Of a DNA stretch of 64,000 nucleotides, positions 8,651 through 17,253 are shown piece by piece. Position 1 is the stretch's first letter; each line of letters opens with the position of its first letter. The stretch lies in IMG/VR virus record IMGVR_UViG_3300027365_000009, positions 32,001 through 96,000 of that record. One strand, 5' to 3'. A program made the position numbers and the translations under genes. The stretch comes from a virus. Below the pieces are notes generated by a model. The model saw only the letters and a list, made by a program, of their open reading frames with translations. It searched no databases and was not told where the DNA came from.

Positions 8651-10186
8651 TTAAGCCCACCAGGCAACTTCATCGTCAGTACCCAGGGCGCCACCACCGG
8701 GCATGGCGAGGGTCACCTCATAGTCTTTATCAATGTCCCATGGAATCGTCCCAACGGGTTTAAAGGGAAGAACGAAATATTGGTCTTTTGGATCAGTTAC
8801 GGCGTTACGATGCTTGCCCCGTTGTACCGTTAAGAACGACTCGCCATTAATCACGACCTTATGAATGAAAAACTCAAGGTCGGGTTCTTGGCCCAAACGA
8901 CGACATCCATCGTAGTAGCCTTTGTTGGCGACGACCTTAACAAAGTCCTCAACATTTTCACGGGTAAGCTGTAATGCGTCCGAACTGAGCTGATGTGGTG
9001 TGATGCAAGTAATGCCTCGCGTGGCAGTGTAATTTCGGAGTTGGCGGAACAATAGCCGGATATCATCACCCGCCACTTTAGCGTCAATCCCGGCCTTCGA
9101 TACCATGTTTAGGTAATCGATGAAAAGACCAATGATTTCGTACCCGTCTGCATAAAGACCATCCAGGAACCCCTTCAGAGATGCCGCACTGAAATCGGTC
9201 GGATCAAAGCGATCCATACGGATTTCAAACCCGGTTTCTCTTAACCGCTCCGAAACATAAGCCGATGCTTCATTGACGTCAACTTCAGAGTCAACTACCG
9301 CTTCTCCGGTGTCATTTTCCTTGAGGTATTTATAAATCCACAGAAGGTTATCTGGGATCTCGTTTTCGAAAGTGATGAACTGCAATAGCGGTTTACGGGT
9401 GCTATCACGGAGATAGGGTTTATTAAACAGCGCTGCATGTGTGAAGAGTGAGAGCATAAAACCGGATTTGAAGTGATGTTGTAGACCACCAACAACAGCA
9501 AACTCCCCGCGTTTAATCGCACCAACCTTACCCAGTGCCCGGTTAAGACCCTTCCAACCAAACTGCAGAGCACCTTCAGTCGACATTGTCACTTTCACGT
9601 CCTCAAAGAGCTTTTCGAGTTCCTCGGGTTCGGCAAAGTCCATGCTACCCATCAACGCCGGATGCTTCTGCCGGCTACGGGCTTTGATAAACGGTTCCAG
9701 TCGTTCTCCCAGCATGGTAACCTCTTCCACGATATCATTCACCTTACCGCGCTGGAAGACCATACGGTGGTGGGTCTCTTTTAAGAGGGAGACAATCTTT
9801 TCATCGTTTAAGAACTGGGACAAGTTGTTACGGTATGACTGAATTATCTTTACGGTCTCTTTCGGAGACTCGTGTTTTTCCATCAATGCCGTCATCACCG
9901 CTTCATACAGGAAGTTCTCTTCCCGACAAGCGACTTGAACCTGCTGAAGCACTTCAGTCTCACTGGGGAAGTTATCGTCTCCGCGACTGTTGAGCCACAT
10001 AACCAGATTGCGTAGTTCAAGGAAGGTTTGACGACTATGGTCGTGATCCACGCTAGCTTCGGGGATCGGCAAGGTCTCAAGAATATTATTGATCAACTCA
10101 TTAGAGGGGGAGGTGGCGACCCCATCGCGGTGTTCGAGACACAGTAGGCTCGTACACGTAATTAATAATTGCTTAGGTGAAAACAT
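8651..10186 (-). CDS. DnaB-like replicative helicase (phiKZ gp118-like)
   Basis: Variant Walker A GGLQHHFKSG, ITFENE, FIDYL, ITPHQLS, RGKHR; start MFSPKQLL with AAGGA RBS. Confidence 0.85.
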   Translation of the reverse strand: MFSPKQLLITCTSLLCLEHRDGVATSPSNELINNILETLPIPEASVDHDHSRQTFLELRNLVMWLNSRGDDNFPSETEVLQQVQVACREENFLYEAVMTALMEKHESPKETVKIIQSYRNNLSQFLNDEKIVSLLKETHHRMVFQRGKVNDIVEEVTMLGERLEPFIKARSRQKHPALMGSMDFAEPEELEKLFEDVKVTMSTEGALQFGWKGLNRALGKVGAIKRGEFAVVGGLQHHFKSGFMLSLFTHAALFNKPYLRDSTRKPLLQFITFENEIPDNLLWIYKYLKENDTGEAVVDSEVDVNEASAYVSERLRETGFEIRMDRFDPTDFSAASLKGFLDGLYADGYEIIGLFIDYLNMVSKAGIDAKVAGDDIRLLFRQLRNYTATRGITCITPHQLSSDALQLTRENVEDFVKVVANKGYYDGCRRLGQEPDLEFFIHKVVINGESFLTVQRGKHRNAVTDPKDQYFVLPFKPVGTIPWDIDKDYEVTLAMPGGGALGTDDEVAWWA

Positions 10187-10345
10187 GTAAGTCGTGTCCT
10201 TACCGGTTACACGAAACGGAAAGAAAGAATTCGTTACCTCGCTCAGGCACATCATAAGAAACTCAGGTAGTTTTCCCCATATGTGTATGAAACGTCTCTT
10301 TTCTGTCCCCATGCTATGTTAGCTGTATAAATCGTGGAGTTACCT

Positions 10346-10873
10346 ATGGTCCGCTTACTGGTGGTACCTGAGGCCATCATGACCATGCTCATTCGAGAGG
10401 GGATACCCTACTCGATCCTCAAAGATGTTGAGTCGATGAGTGGGGCATTGTCCGTACATGATATGGCCGAAATCCATATGGCTCAAAAGCAGTTCCCTTT
10501 TGAGTTTGATCAATCCCTTGAAATTCAATTCGCCCGATCGCCGCTGGTGGAGTTAGCGGAATCGTCGGAGAGTCGTACACTCTATGAACGACTTAATGAG
10601 CGTATTGAGACATTAACACTCCGCGAAAGCGCCGAGCGTGAGTCGTTTACCCCTGTCTATACGCTATATCCTGTAGACGAGACACTTTGGGTCGCAGTGC
10701 TGCAGAGGCAGGACTCACGGGAAGGCGATCCACATCGCGAATTACTCTCGTCCAATCACGCGTTCTTTGACGCGTTAATGGCGCAAACCTTACACCTTCA
10801 TTCGTTCGAACGAGTGTGTAGCACTAACCTCTTCACCTATTATCTGAAAGCTCTTCCCGCACAAGCTGCGTGA
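10346..10873 (+). CDS. Conserved protein upstream of the capsid gene (gp119-like)
   Basis: GGAG RBS; synteny. Confidence 0.6.
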   Translation: MVRLLVVPEAIMTMLIREGIPYSILKDVESMSGALSVHDMAEIHMAQKQFPFEFDQSLEIQFARSPLVELAESSESRTLYERLNERIETLTLRESAERESFTPVYTLYPVDETLWVAVLQRQDSREGDPHRELLSSNHAFFDALMAQTLHLHSFERVCSTNLFTYYLKALPAQAA

Positions 10874-10939
10874 GAGTGTCGTGATGATATGTCGAAGTGT
10901 GTCTCCCTGTAACTTCCTACGCGTAAGGAAATCAACACC

Positions 10940-13210
10940 ATGAGTAACCTCAAGAAGCTGTTTGCTGCTCGTCACGACGCGATGAGCAAAGACTTCCAGA
11001 TCGGCGAGTTCGTCGCCTCCCTGGAGTCTCACTCCGATACCGTGGGCAGCCCCCTGGCTGGCGGTAAGGAACTGGTCGGTCGTATCTCCACCGAAGCGTT
11101 CGGTGATATCGGCACCGAAGAAGCGGCCTCCTGTCAGGAGCTGTACGCTTCCATGCACGAGATGCTCGAGCGTGAAGGCTTCGAGTCTTTCAATGCCAAG
11201 CGTGGCGCCGACGCCCAGCGTGTGGGTGAGAACCAGGTCCTGTCCGCGACCCTGGCTGCCATCGCCGGTAACGACGAAGTTCGCTACAAGCGCTCCCTGC
11301 AGGGCATGCGTAGCGTCCCGCAGTCCAACAACCCGAACGTCATCGCCATCTCCCCGATGATCGACGGCCCGCACGGTCAGATGCCCGTTCTCTCCGAGAA
11401 CACCGGTCTGGAGAACTACAACGAGAAGTCCCAGCGTGACTTCCGTGTGATCTCTGTGGCCTACAACCTGGCCGCTGCTCGTCAGGACGCCTTTGGCGAA
11501 GCCCTGTATCCCACCGTGGTGGTCAACCCCACCGAAGGCGGTGTGACCCAGAACCTGACCTACGCTGCTGTCCTGAAAGACGTGTTCCACGAAGTCACCG
11601 GTGCGCTGTTCGACACCCGTGAAGTGAACATGGTCGAAGCCTTCCGTGACCCGTCCGTCCTGGAAGATGCCAGCACCAAGCTGGTGCCCGTGGTTGACGA
11701 CGCCGACAAGAACGCTCGTGTGTTCGTTGATCCCGCCGTTATCGCACCGCAGGACATCGAGCTCGAGAAAGGCGGTACCGTCAAGACCGCTCCGCTGAAG
11801 ATCGGTGAGAAGTTCGACCTTATCGGTGTGTCCAACCGTCAGCAACTGATCGCTGGCAACCTGCTGGACGTATCCGACACCATCGATCCGGCCATGCGCC
11901 TGAAGCACCTGTACGTGCGTCTGGGTGGCACCACTCCGAAAGTGGTTCGCTTCACCGTTGAGCGTATGCCCACCGCGGTGTTCCAGCCCAGCCTGACCAA
12001 CGACACCCGTCTGGCGCAGCTGAACTTCACCACCGAAGACCTGGTCGTGTCCGCCTCCACCAAGGCCATCGATGGTTCCACCAACGCGGCTATCGACGAG
12101 ATCGTCAACCGCAGCTGGACCATGCGGCTGTCCGTGGGCGTTTCCGGTTCCGTCTCCCTGTCCAAGGGTGATGCCTGGATCAACGCTACCCCGGTCGTGA
12201 TCGAAGACATCTTCGACGACGCCGGTCAGAAGCTGGACAAGTCCGCTGGCGATGCCAAGACCGTGGCCGATGCCTTCGGTGACATGACCGTTCTCGGTTA
12301 CGACCTGGATGCACGCTTCACCAACTCCAACCGTCGTGAGCGTGGCCAGCTGGTGCAGACTCGTACTCTGCAGTTCCGCTACCCGATCCCGATGCACAGC
12401 CCGATCACCCTGCCGATGTCCACCATGGACGAGTCCGGCCCGGGCGACGTGGTCAAGACCCTGACCGTGGCCACCAACATCCGCAACAGCAACAACGCGG
12501 TGACCCGTCTGCTGAACTACCTGGCTCAGCTGCGCGAAGTGGTGCGTTCTGGTTACGACCGTCCGAAATTCGGTGCTGTGGAAGGTGCCCTGTCCGCCAT
12601 GATCCGTCCGACCTACCGGTCTGGCACCCTGGATCTCGAGCAGGCCATCGACACCGTGCGCTCCAAGGATCGTTGGGAAGACGTCTGCGAGACCATCCTC
12701 AACACCATCAAGAGCCTGCTGTTCCCGGCCTACCGTGACTCCAACATCGAGGCGGCCTTCCAGACCGTCACCGGTAATGCTGATGAGCGTCCCAAGTTCA
12801 TCATCGCCACCGATAAGGAGATCGCTCACTACCTGATGCGTGTCGGCGACGACCGTACTCTGGGTTCCTACCTGAAGTACGACATCGTCAGCACCAACAA
12901 CGAGCGCTTCGACGGTAAGATCGTGATCGTGCCGACCCGTGAGAACCCGGTTGAGAACGACATCCTCAACTTCGGTCAGTTCTACTACGTGCCGACCATC
13001 ATCGCGGACCTGCCGATCAGCCGTAACGGTCAGATCTCTCGTGAGATTGCTGCCGTGCCGTTCAACCTGCACGTCAACAACATCCCGTTCGCTATCGAGA
13101 TCGACGTTGTGGGTCTGGACAAGGTGATGGGTTCTTCTCAGTACAACAGCCTCCCGGGCTTCCAGACTGAGCAAGTAGAAATCACCGACACCACCACTAC
13201 TTCTCCCTAA
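10940..13210 (+). CDS. Major capsid protein (phiKZ gp120-like)
   Basis: 756 aa; AYNLAAARQDAFGEALYPT, RTLQFRYPIP and GLENY cleavage site; strongly biased codons; synteny. Confidence 0.9.
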   Translation: MSNLKKLFAARHDAMSKDFQIGEFVASLESHSDTVGSPLAGGKELVGRISTEAFGDIGTEEAASCQELYASMHEMLEREGFESFNAKRGADAQRVGENQVLSATLAAIAGNDEVRYKRSLQGMRSVPQSNNPNVIAISPMIDGPHGQMPVLSENTGLENYNEKSQRDFRVISVAYNLAAARQDAFGEALYPTVVVNPTEGGVTQNLTYAAVLKDVFHEVTGALFDTREVNMVEAFRDPSVLEDASTKLVPVVDDADKNARVFVDPAVIAPQDIELEKGGTVKTAPLKIGEKFDLIGVSNRQQLIAGNLLDVSDTIDPAMRLKHLYVRLGGTTPKVVRFTVERMPTAVFQPSLTNDTRLAQLNFTTEDLVVSASTKAIDGSTNAAIDEIVNRSWTMRLSVGVSGSVSLSKGDAWINATPVVIEDIFDDAGQKLDKSAGDAKTVADAFGDMTVLGYDLDARFTNSNRRERGQLVQTRTLQFRYPIPMHSPITLPMSTMDESGPGDVVKTLTVATNIRNSNNAVTRLLNYLAQLREVVRSGYDRPKFGAVEGALSAMIRPTYRSGTLDLEQAIDTVRSKDRWEDVCETILNTIKSLLFPAYRDSNIEAAFQTVTGNADERPKFIIATDKEIAHYLMRVGDDRTLGSYLKYDIVSTNNERFDGKIVIVPTRENPVENDILNFGQFYYVPTIIADLPISRNGQISREIAAVPFNLHVNNIPFAIEIDVVGLDKVMGSSQYNSLPGFQTEQVEITDTTTTSP

Positions 13211-13239
13211 CCCTTAGGTTAGTGTGAAACAGTGATAAT

Positions 13240-13276
13240 GGAGGCCGCCTTCCGGGGCGGCCTCTATGCCATATTT
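13240..13276 (+). terminator. Terminator after capsid gene
   Basis: GAGGCCGCCT/GGGCGGCCTC stem. Confidence 0.7.
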
Positions 13277-13327
13277 TACTATTGGTTATGTTCTTATGAG
13301 AAACAATCACTTATACGAGGTGTGGTT

Positions 13328-13639
13328 ATGTTTATCTTTCCAGTCAGGTTATGCGGCGTTCGGTATTTGTCACTCCCCAATGGACGTTATTTAAAATACG
13401 ATGATAATGAAAGTACATTCCTGAACATTGATGCTCCACCGAGCGGTGCCTATATTGTGGACGTCGAAAGACACCTTCAGGGCACCGATGGATTCTTACT
13501 GGAATGTCCTAAACAAAACATCTGGTGTGTTAATACCAAGGGAGAATGTTTCAACATCGGAAAATCTTTATGCGTTTGTGGTCCGGTAGGTGGTCGGGAG
13601 CCCACCATTGTTAAAACAAAACCAAACGACGGCTACTGA
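13328..13639 (+). CDS. Hypothetical protein
   Basis: GAGGTG RBS before MFIFP. Confidence 0.55.
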   Translation: MFIFPVRLCGVRYLSLPNGRYLKYDDNESTFLNIDAPPSGAYIVDVERHLQGTDGFLLECPKQNIWCVNTKGECFNIGKSLCVCGPVGGREPTIVKTKPNDGY

Positions 13640-13688
13640 ACGATCGTTTTATCAAACATGATATGACACCCATTTAAGGATTCGTATC

Positions 13689-14102
13689 ATGTTACGTTTA
13701 ATGAAACAACTCTTTGCCCACCCTTCGGTTGTTGATCCTCTGTATGAACGACTCACAGGGAAAGAAGCCGACTATTTAACCGACGACGATAGGACCCAGG
13801 GACTCATTGGGGTGATGCGCACCTATGAGCCCTTTAAGCTCATTCAGCGCTTCTTAGCACTCGTAGTGATCCTTACCTACGTGGGAGTTTGGATACTGAG
13901 CGTTGGCTTGTTCGCCTGGGCAGGCATTGCGTCACTGGCAGGTCACGACACCACCATTTTGGTTAGTATCGCAGATCGGATCACCACCCTCAATCGAGAA
14001 CTGTTAGAGTGGCCCGCCCTGTTGGTCCTCTCTCTGTACTTTGGTGGGGGTGTGGCTGAGGGTATCTTGGAACGCTGGAAAACACGCCGTCCCAGTAAGT
14101 GA
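13689..14102 (+). CDS. Two-TM membrane protein (holin-like candidate)
   Basis: Two hydrophobic segments, LYFGGG, basic C-terminus. Confidence 0.5.
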   Translation: MLRLMKQLFAHPSVVDPLYERLTGKEADYLTDDDRTQGLIGVMRTYEPFKLIQRFLALVVILTYVGVWILSVGLFAWAGIASLAGHDTTILVSIADRITTLNRELLEWPALLVLSLYFGGGVAEGILERWKTRRPSK

Positions 14103-14142
14103 AACTAAAAATACTCGGAGCCTCTATGTAATGAGGGAAACT

Positions 14143-14442
14143 GCCCCGGTGGTGGAATGGTAGACACAGGAGACTTTGGTAACTGAGCCTCCATGGGGAA
14201 ACCTGTGGTTGCACACACTCTCAAATTCAGGGAAACCTTCCAGTTCGGCTGATGGCAATCCTGAGCGAAGCCTCGACAGAGGAACGTGCAGAGACTAGAC
14301 GGGAGTGGGCTACGTCCAGTAATGGATATGCTTGAGGGATAGTCCAGACCCCAAACGCATTCAGGTGCGGTAGTGAAAGCTATAGTGGGTAAGAAAATCT
14401 CCCGACCGTATGGTCGTGCCGATTCGAGTTCGGCTCGGGGCA
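14143..14442 (+). tRNA. trnL: tRNA-Leu(UAA), intron-containing; exons 14143-14176 and 14394-14442
   Basis: Acceptor GCCCCGG/TCGGGGC+A, D-arm GGTGGAATGGTAGACAC, anticodon stem GGAGA/TCTCC with loop CTT|AAAA, long variable arm CGACC-GTAT-GGTCG, T-arm GCCGA-TTCGAGT-TCGGC; CCA not encoded. Confidence 0.93.
14177..14393 (+). mobile_element. Group I intron (IC3, trnL-UAA type), 217 nt, no ORF
   Basis: P AAATTCAGGGAAACC, Q GGCAATCCTGAGC, R GTGCAGAGACTAGACGGGAG, S GAGGGATAGTCC; U before the 5' splice site and a terminal G. Confidence 0.92.
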
Positions 14443-14465
14443 CCCTCCCGATTTCAAAGAACCCA

Positions 14466-15224
14466 GGAAGCTTGAAGGTGGATCACTAGGGATAGTCCGT
14501 CCAACTAAGAACGAGCGGATGGCGTAGGTGTGGAACACGCTTCGGGGACAGCCCCACACAATGCGATCGAAACCTTCACTTTCCCATCCTCAAGATTGTC
14601 GGTTGTCTTGAGGATTACGCATAAACCGACTAGTTATCGGTAAGCCGCATGCCAGGTGCTGAAAAAAAAAAGCACCCTCAACAACGGTGTGGGGTAAAAG
14701 ATACACTCCCGCCATTCCGATAGCGAAAGGGAGAGGTCAGGTATGCTGGTCCGATACATACCGACCTAGGAAGCTGAGACTGGACAAGTCGCGGGGCGTC
14801 TTCCTTTAACGTGGGAAGTTATTGGGCGACATAGGGCGGTGAGTAGGCTGCTGTTGGGTGAATCACCCGATGTCAGTACGAAAGCATCCCATCTCGCGGC
14901 GGGCCTAATCAACTCCGGATGTTACTTAAGTAACGCGGAGTGATAGTGGTACCACGTCGTGTGGGCCACAGATCCTGTGTTCCAGCACAGTTGTTGATGA
15001 ACATGCGGTTGACTGGAGAACCGCATACAAGGCACTAGAACGGTGAGTTGGGAGCCTGACCTAATGCACCTGGGTAACTGGGTAGCGCGATAATGCACCG
15101 TTTAGGAGAGCGTTCTCCCTTAGAGGCAGGTACTGCATTGGGAGATTGTCCGGAAGAAGGATTGACCGGGAAACCGGAGATCGATGGGGTGAGGTAACTC
15201 ACGCCCTACAGCCGGACATTATCC
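14466..15224 (+). ncRNA. Candidate large structured non-coding RNA (about 760 nt; possibly a 120 nt plus a 640 nt unit)
   Basis: No ORF of 60 aa or more; more than 15 helices found by eye, GNRA loops on the + strand, pseudoknots, long-range pairings; bounded by tRNA and terminator. Confidence 0.7.
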
Positions 15225-15256
15225 GCATAATACCCTCCCTACGGGGAGGGGTTATG
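15225..15256 (+). terminator. Terminator ending the tRNA/ncRNA unit
   Basis: GCATAA-TACCCTCCCT-ACG-GGGAGGGG-TTATGT. Confidence 0.7.
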
Positions 15257-15329
15257 TTGCCACCATAACAAAAACACTACCCACATAACGGGTAGGGACT
15301 ATGCCGTCACTTAGGTAAGTCCATTCATT

Positions 15330-15345
15330 TTGACATCTACATTAT
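15330..15345 (+). promoter_or_regulatory. Putative early promoter TTGACATCTACATTAT
   Basis: Exact copy of the motif at 3261. Confidence 0.6.
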
Positions 15346-15385
15346 CTTCGTGACCGTACCGAATGTACTGACATGGAGATTGACG

Positions 15386-16048
15386 ATGTCTTACCGTAAA
15401 TTGGGGCTGGAGGCCTATTACCTCCCGACACTTAAGTCGTACCGCCCGACACCGACGCAGCACAGCATCACACTGCGTGAAGATGACCTGCTGGATGAGG
15501 TGTTTGAGTGCCTCGATGACCTCCCTATGTGGGTCGCTACCCAATGGCTGATGCAATTCCGCAATGGTGCCCGCACCTTGGTGGCAGAGAAGCCCCAAGA
15601 GACTCCCCAACCGGAGGAGGAAATTTCCGCCGACGAAGAGCCCATCCCCCGTCTCGACGATGAAACTGATGAGCCCACTCCCGATGTGGACCACTATACC
15701 TTTCGTATCCAATGTGCCATGTCGATGGAGTCAGCCACTCAGCTGCGCAATACCATCCACGACCTTCGTCCCACTGAGGACCCACCGAATGAAAGATCTT
15801 ACCAAAAGGGAGATCCCCTCCAAAAATTTACCGGGCGGGCAGGGGAAATCCACCACCTCTGTCCGCCCATCGACACCTATCGTCAAGTCGTCCATCGCGA
15901 AACGGCCCAAGCACGAGACCTTGTTGGGAAAACGTCGCCACGGTCGCAAGCGGTACGGAAGGACGTTCCGCCCCCTTCCGTAGTTCCTAAAGCGTTGGAC
16001 TTGACACTCCTGGATGTCCGTATCGAGGTTAACCCACCCAAGGATTAA
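15386..16048 (+). CDS. Hypothetical Pro/Glu-rich protein
   Basis: GGAG RBS before MSYRK. Confidence 0.55.
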   Translation: MSYRKLGLEAYYLPTLKSYRPTPTQHSITLREDDLLDEVFECLDDLPMWVATQWLMQFRNGARTLVAEKPQETPQPEEEISADEEPIPRLDDETDEPTPDVDHYTFRIQCAMSMESATQLRNTIHDLRPTEDPPNERSYQKGDPLQKFTGRAGEIHHLCPPIDTYRQVVHRETAQARDLVGKTSPRSQAVRKDVPPPSVVPKALDLTLLDVRIEVNPPKD

Positions 16049-16051
16049 CAC

Positions 16052-17245
16052 ATGCGACAACTACAACACCTCTTTGCGTCGCTTACCTCGGAGGTGGTGC
16101 CGGGTCCAACGAAACAGCAAGGCCGTCATACCTGCAGTGCCTTCCGTATGGAGATCCGCAATACCATGCGGGTCCCCTTATTTTGGCGTAACGCTTTGGG
16201 CATGGTTGTACATGAACCACCCAGTGCATCGACCACGGCAGGTGAGTATTTTTACATTACGATTGAATACGAGTTCGATCCCGGTGTAAAGATTGACGCG
16301 CGTGAGTTATTAAATGAGTTGGATCTCCCGGAGAACCACACCGAGAGAAAGCAGATATATGAAGCGCTGCAGTCGCTTGAACGTGAGCCCCAATGGCACC
16401 ATCAGCGTAAATTTACCTACACCTTAGGCATTGACCGTGAACGGCTAGAAGCCGCTGGCGGTGTGGCGTATCTGAATGACGTCGATCTGGTCGTGGGTTT
16501 TGCCAAACATGCAAGCGATGCTACCCATCCCTATTCGCCTCCGGGTCAACGGGAGCGAATGAGCAATGCGGTTGATCCCGCAGAAGGGTTTCAGCAACGC
16601 ATGGTGTTGGTGGATAATGCCGGTGTTAATGGTCCTCGTTGGATCAACACGGGCTTTGGGGTATATGAGGTGACACCAGTTGAAGACCCGTCACTACAGG
16701 ATGGGTTTTATCTTACTGTGTTTCACCACCGTTCGGGAGAACCGTCTACCGAACACCACACGTATGAGGTCGCTGAAAAGACCTTTGGTTTATACCGCAG
16801 TCGTGCTGAAGCGGAGGCCTTTGGTAGTCCAGAGGAACGTTTCAAAGCGGAACTCAAAGAAACGGAGCAGCAGATAGCGCGCGACAAGGTGGCACTGGCG
16901 AGAGAGAAGCAACAGGTCGATCGTGAGCGCCATGAGATGGAACGTGAAAAACGCGCCGAGGAAGATCGCAGGGAACGAGAGAAGACGGAGCACGAGGCCC
17001 AACTGGCTCGAGAGCGAGATCAACTCGATCGCGAACGAGAACGCATGAAGTTCGAGAAAGAACGCATGGAGTACGAACGCCAGACGTTTAGTGAACGTCA
17101 AAAGTTTGAATATGACATGCGGTCTCGGGATCGTAAGGATCACTCCGAGCAAACCAAGGCATTGCTGGACATGGCCAAGATCATGTTGGGTCTTGTGACC
17201 ACGGGGCTATCACTCTATGCAGTGATCAAGAAAAACTCGAATTAG
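16052..17245 (+). CDS. Conserved coiled-coil protein (gp122-like position)
   Basis: E/R-rich coiled coil and C-terminal hydrophobic helix; synteny. Confidence 0.6.
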   Translation: MRQLQHLFASLTSEVVPGPTKQQGRHTCSAFRMEIRNTMRVPLFWRNALGMVVHEPPSASTTAGEYFYITIEYEFDPGVKIDARELLNELDLPENHTERKQIYEALQSLEREPQWHHQRKFTYTLGIDRERLEAAGGVAYLNDVDLVVGFAKHASDATHPYSPPGQRERMSNAVDPAEGFQQRMVLVDNAGVNGPRWINTGFGVYEVTPVEDPSLQDGFYLTVFHHRSGEPSTEHHTYEVAEKTFGLYRSRAEAEAFGSPEERFKAELKETEQQIARDKVALAREKQQVDRERHEMEREKRAEEDRREREKTEHEAQLARERDQLDRERERMKFEKERMEYERQTFSERQKFEYDMRSRDRKDHSEQTKALLDMAKIMLGLVTTGLSLYAVIKKNSN

Positions 17246-17253
17246 GACGCAAC

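Noticed and set aside
10790-13174. 794-aa antisense ORF over the capsid gene
   Set aside because: Shadow of strongly biased codon use in the capsid gene; no RBS or recognisable motifs
14105-14443. 112-aa minus-strand ORF
   Set aside because: Lies antisense to the tRNA and its intron
14466-14584. Faint 5S rRNA likeness (120 nt; CCAACTAAGAA, GATGGCGTAGGTGTGG, CCCCAC)
   Set aside because: Helix arrangement is a four-way junction, not the 5S three-way fold
14586-15224. RNase P, tmRNA or group II intron identity for the ncRNA
   Set aside because: No GAGGAAAGUCC P4 motif, no tRNA-like ends or tag frame, and no clear domain V or GUGYG start found
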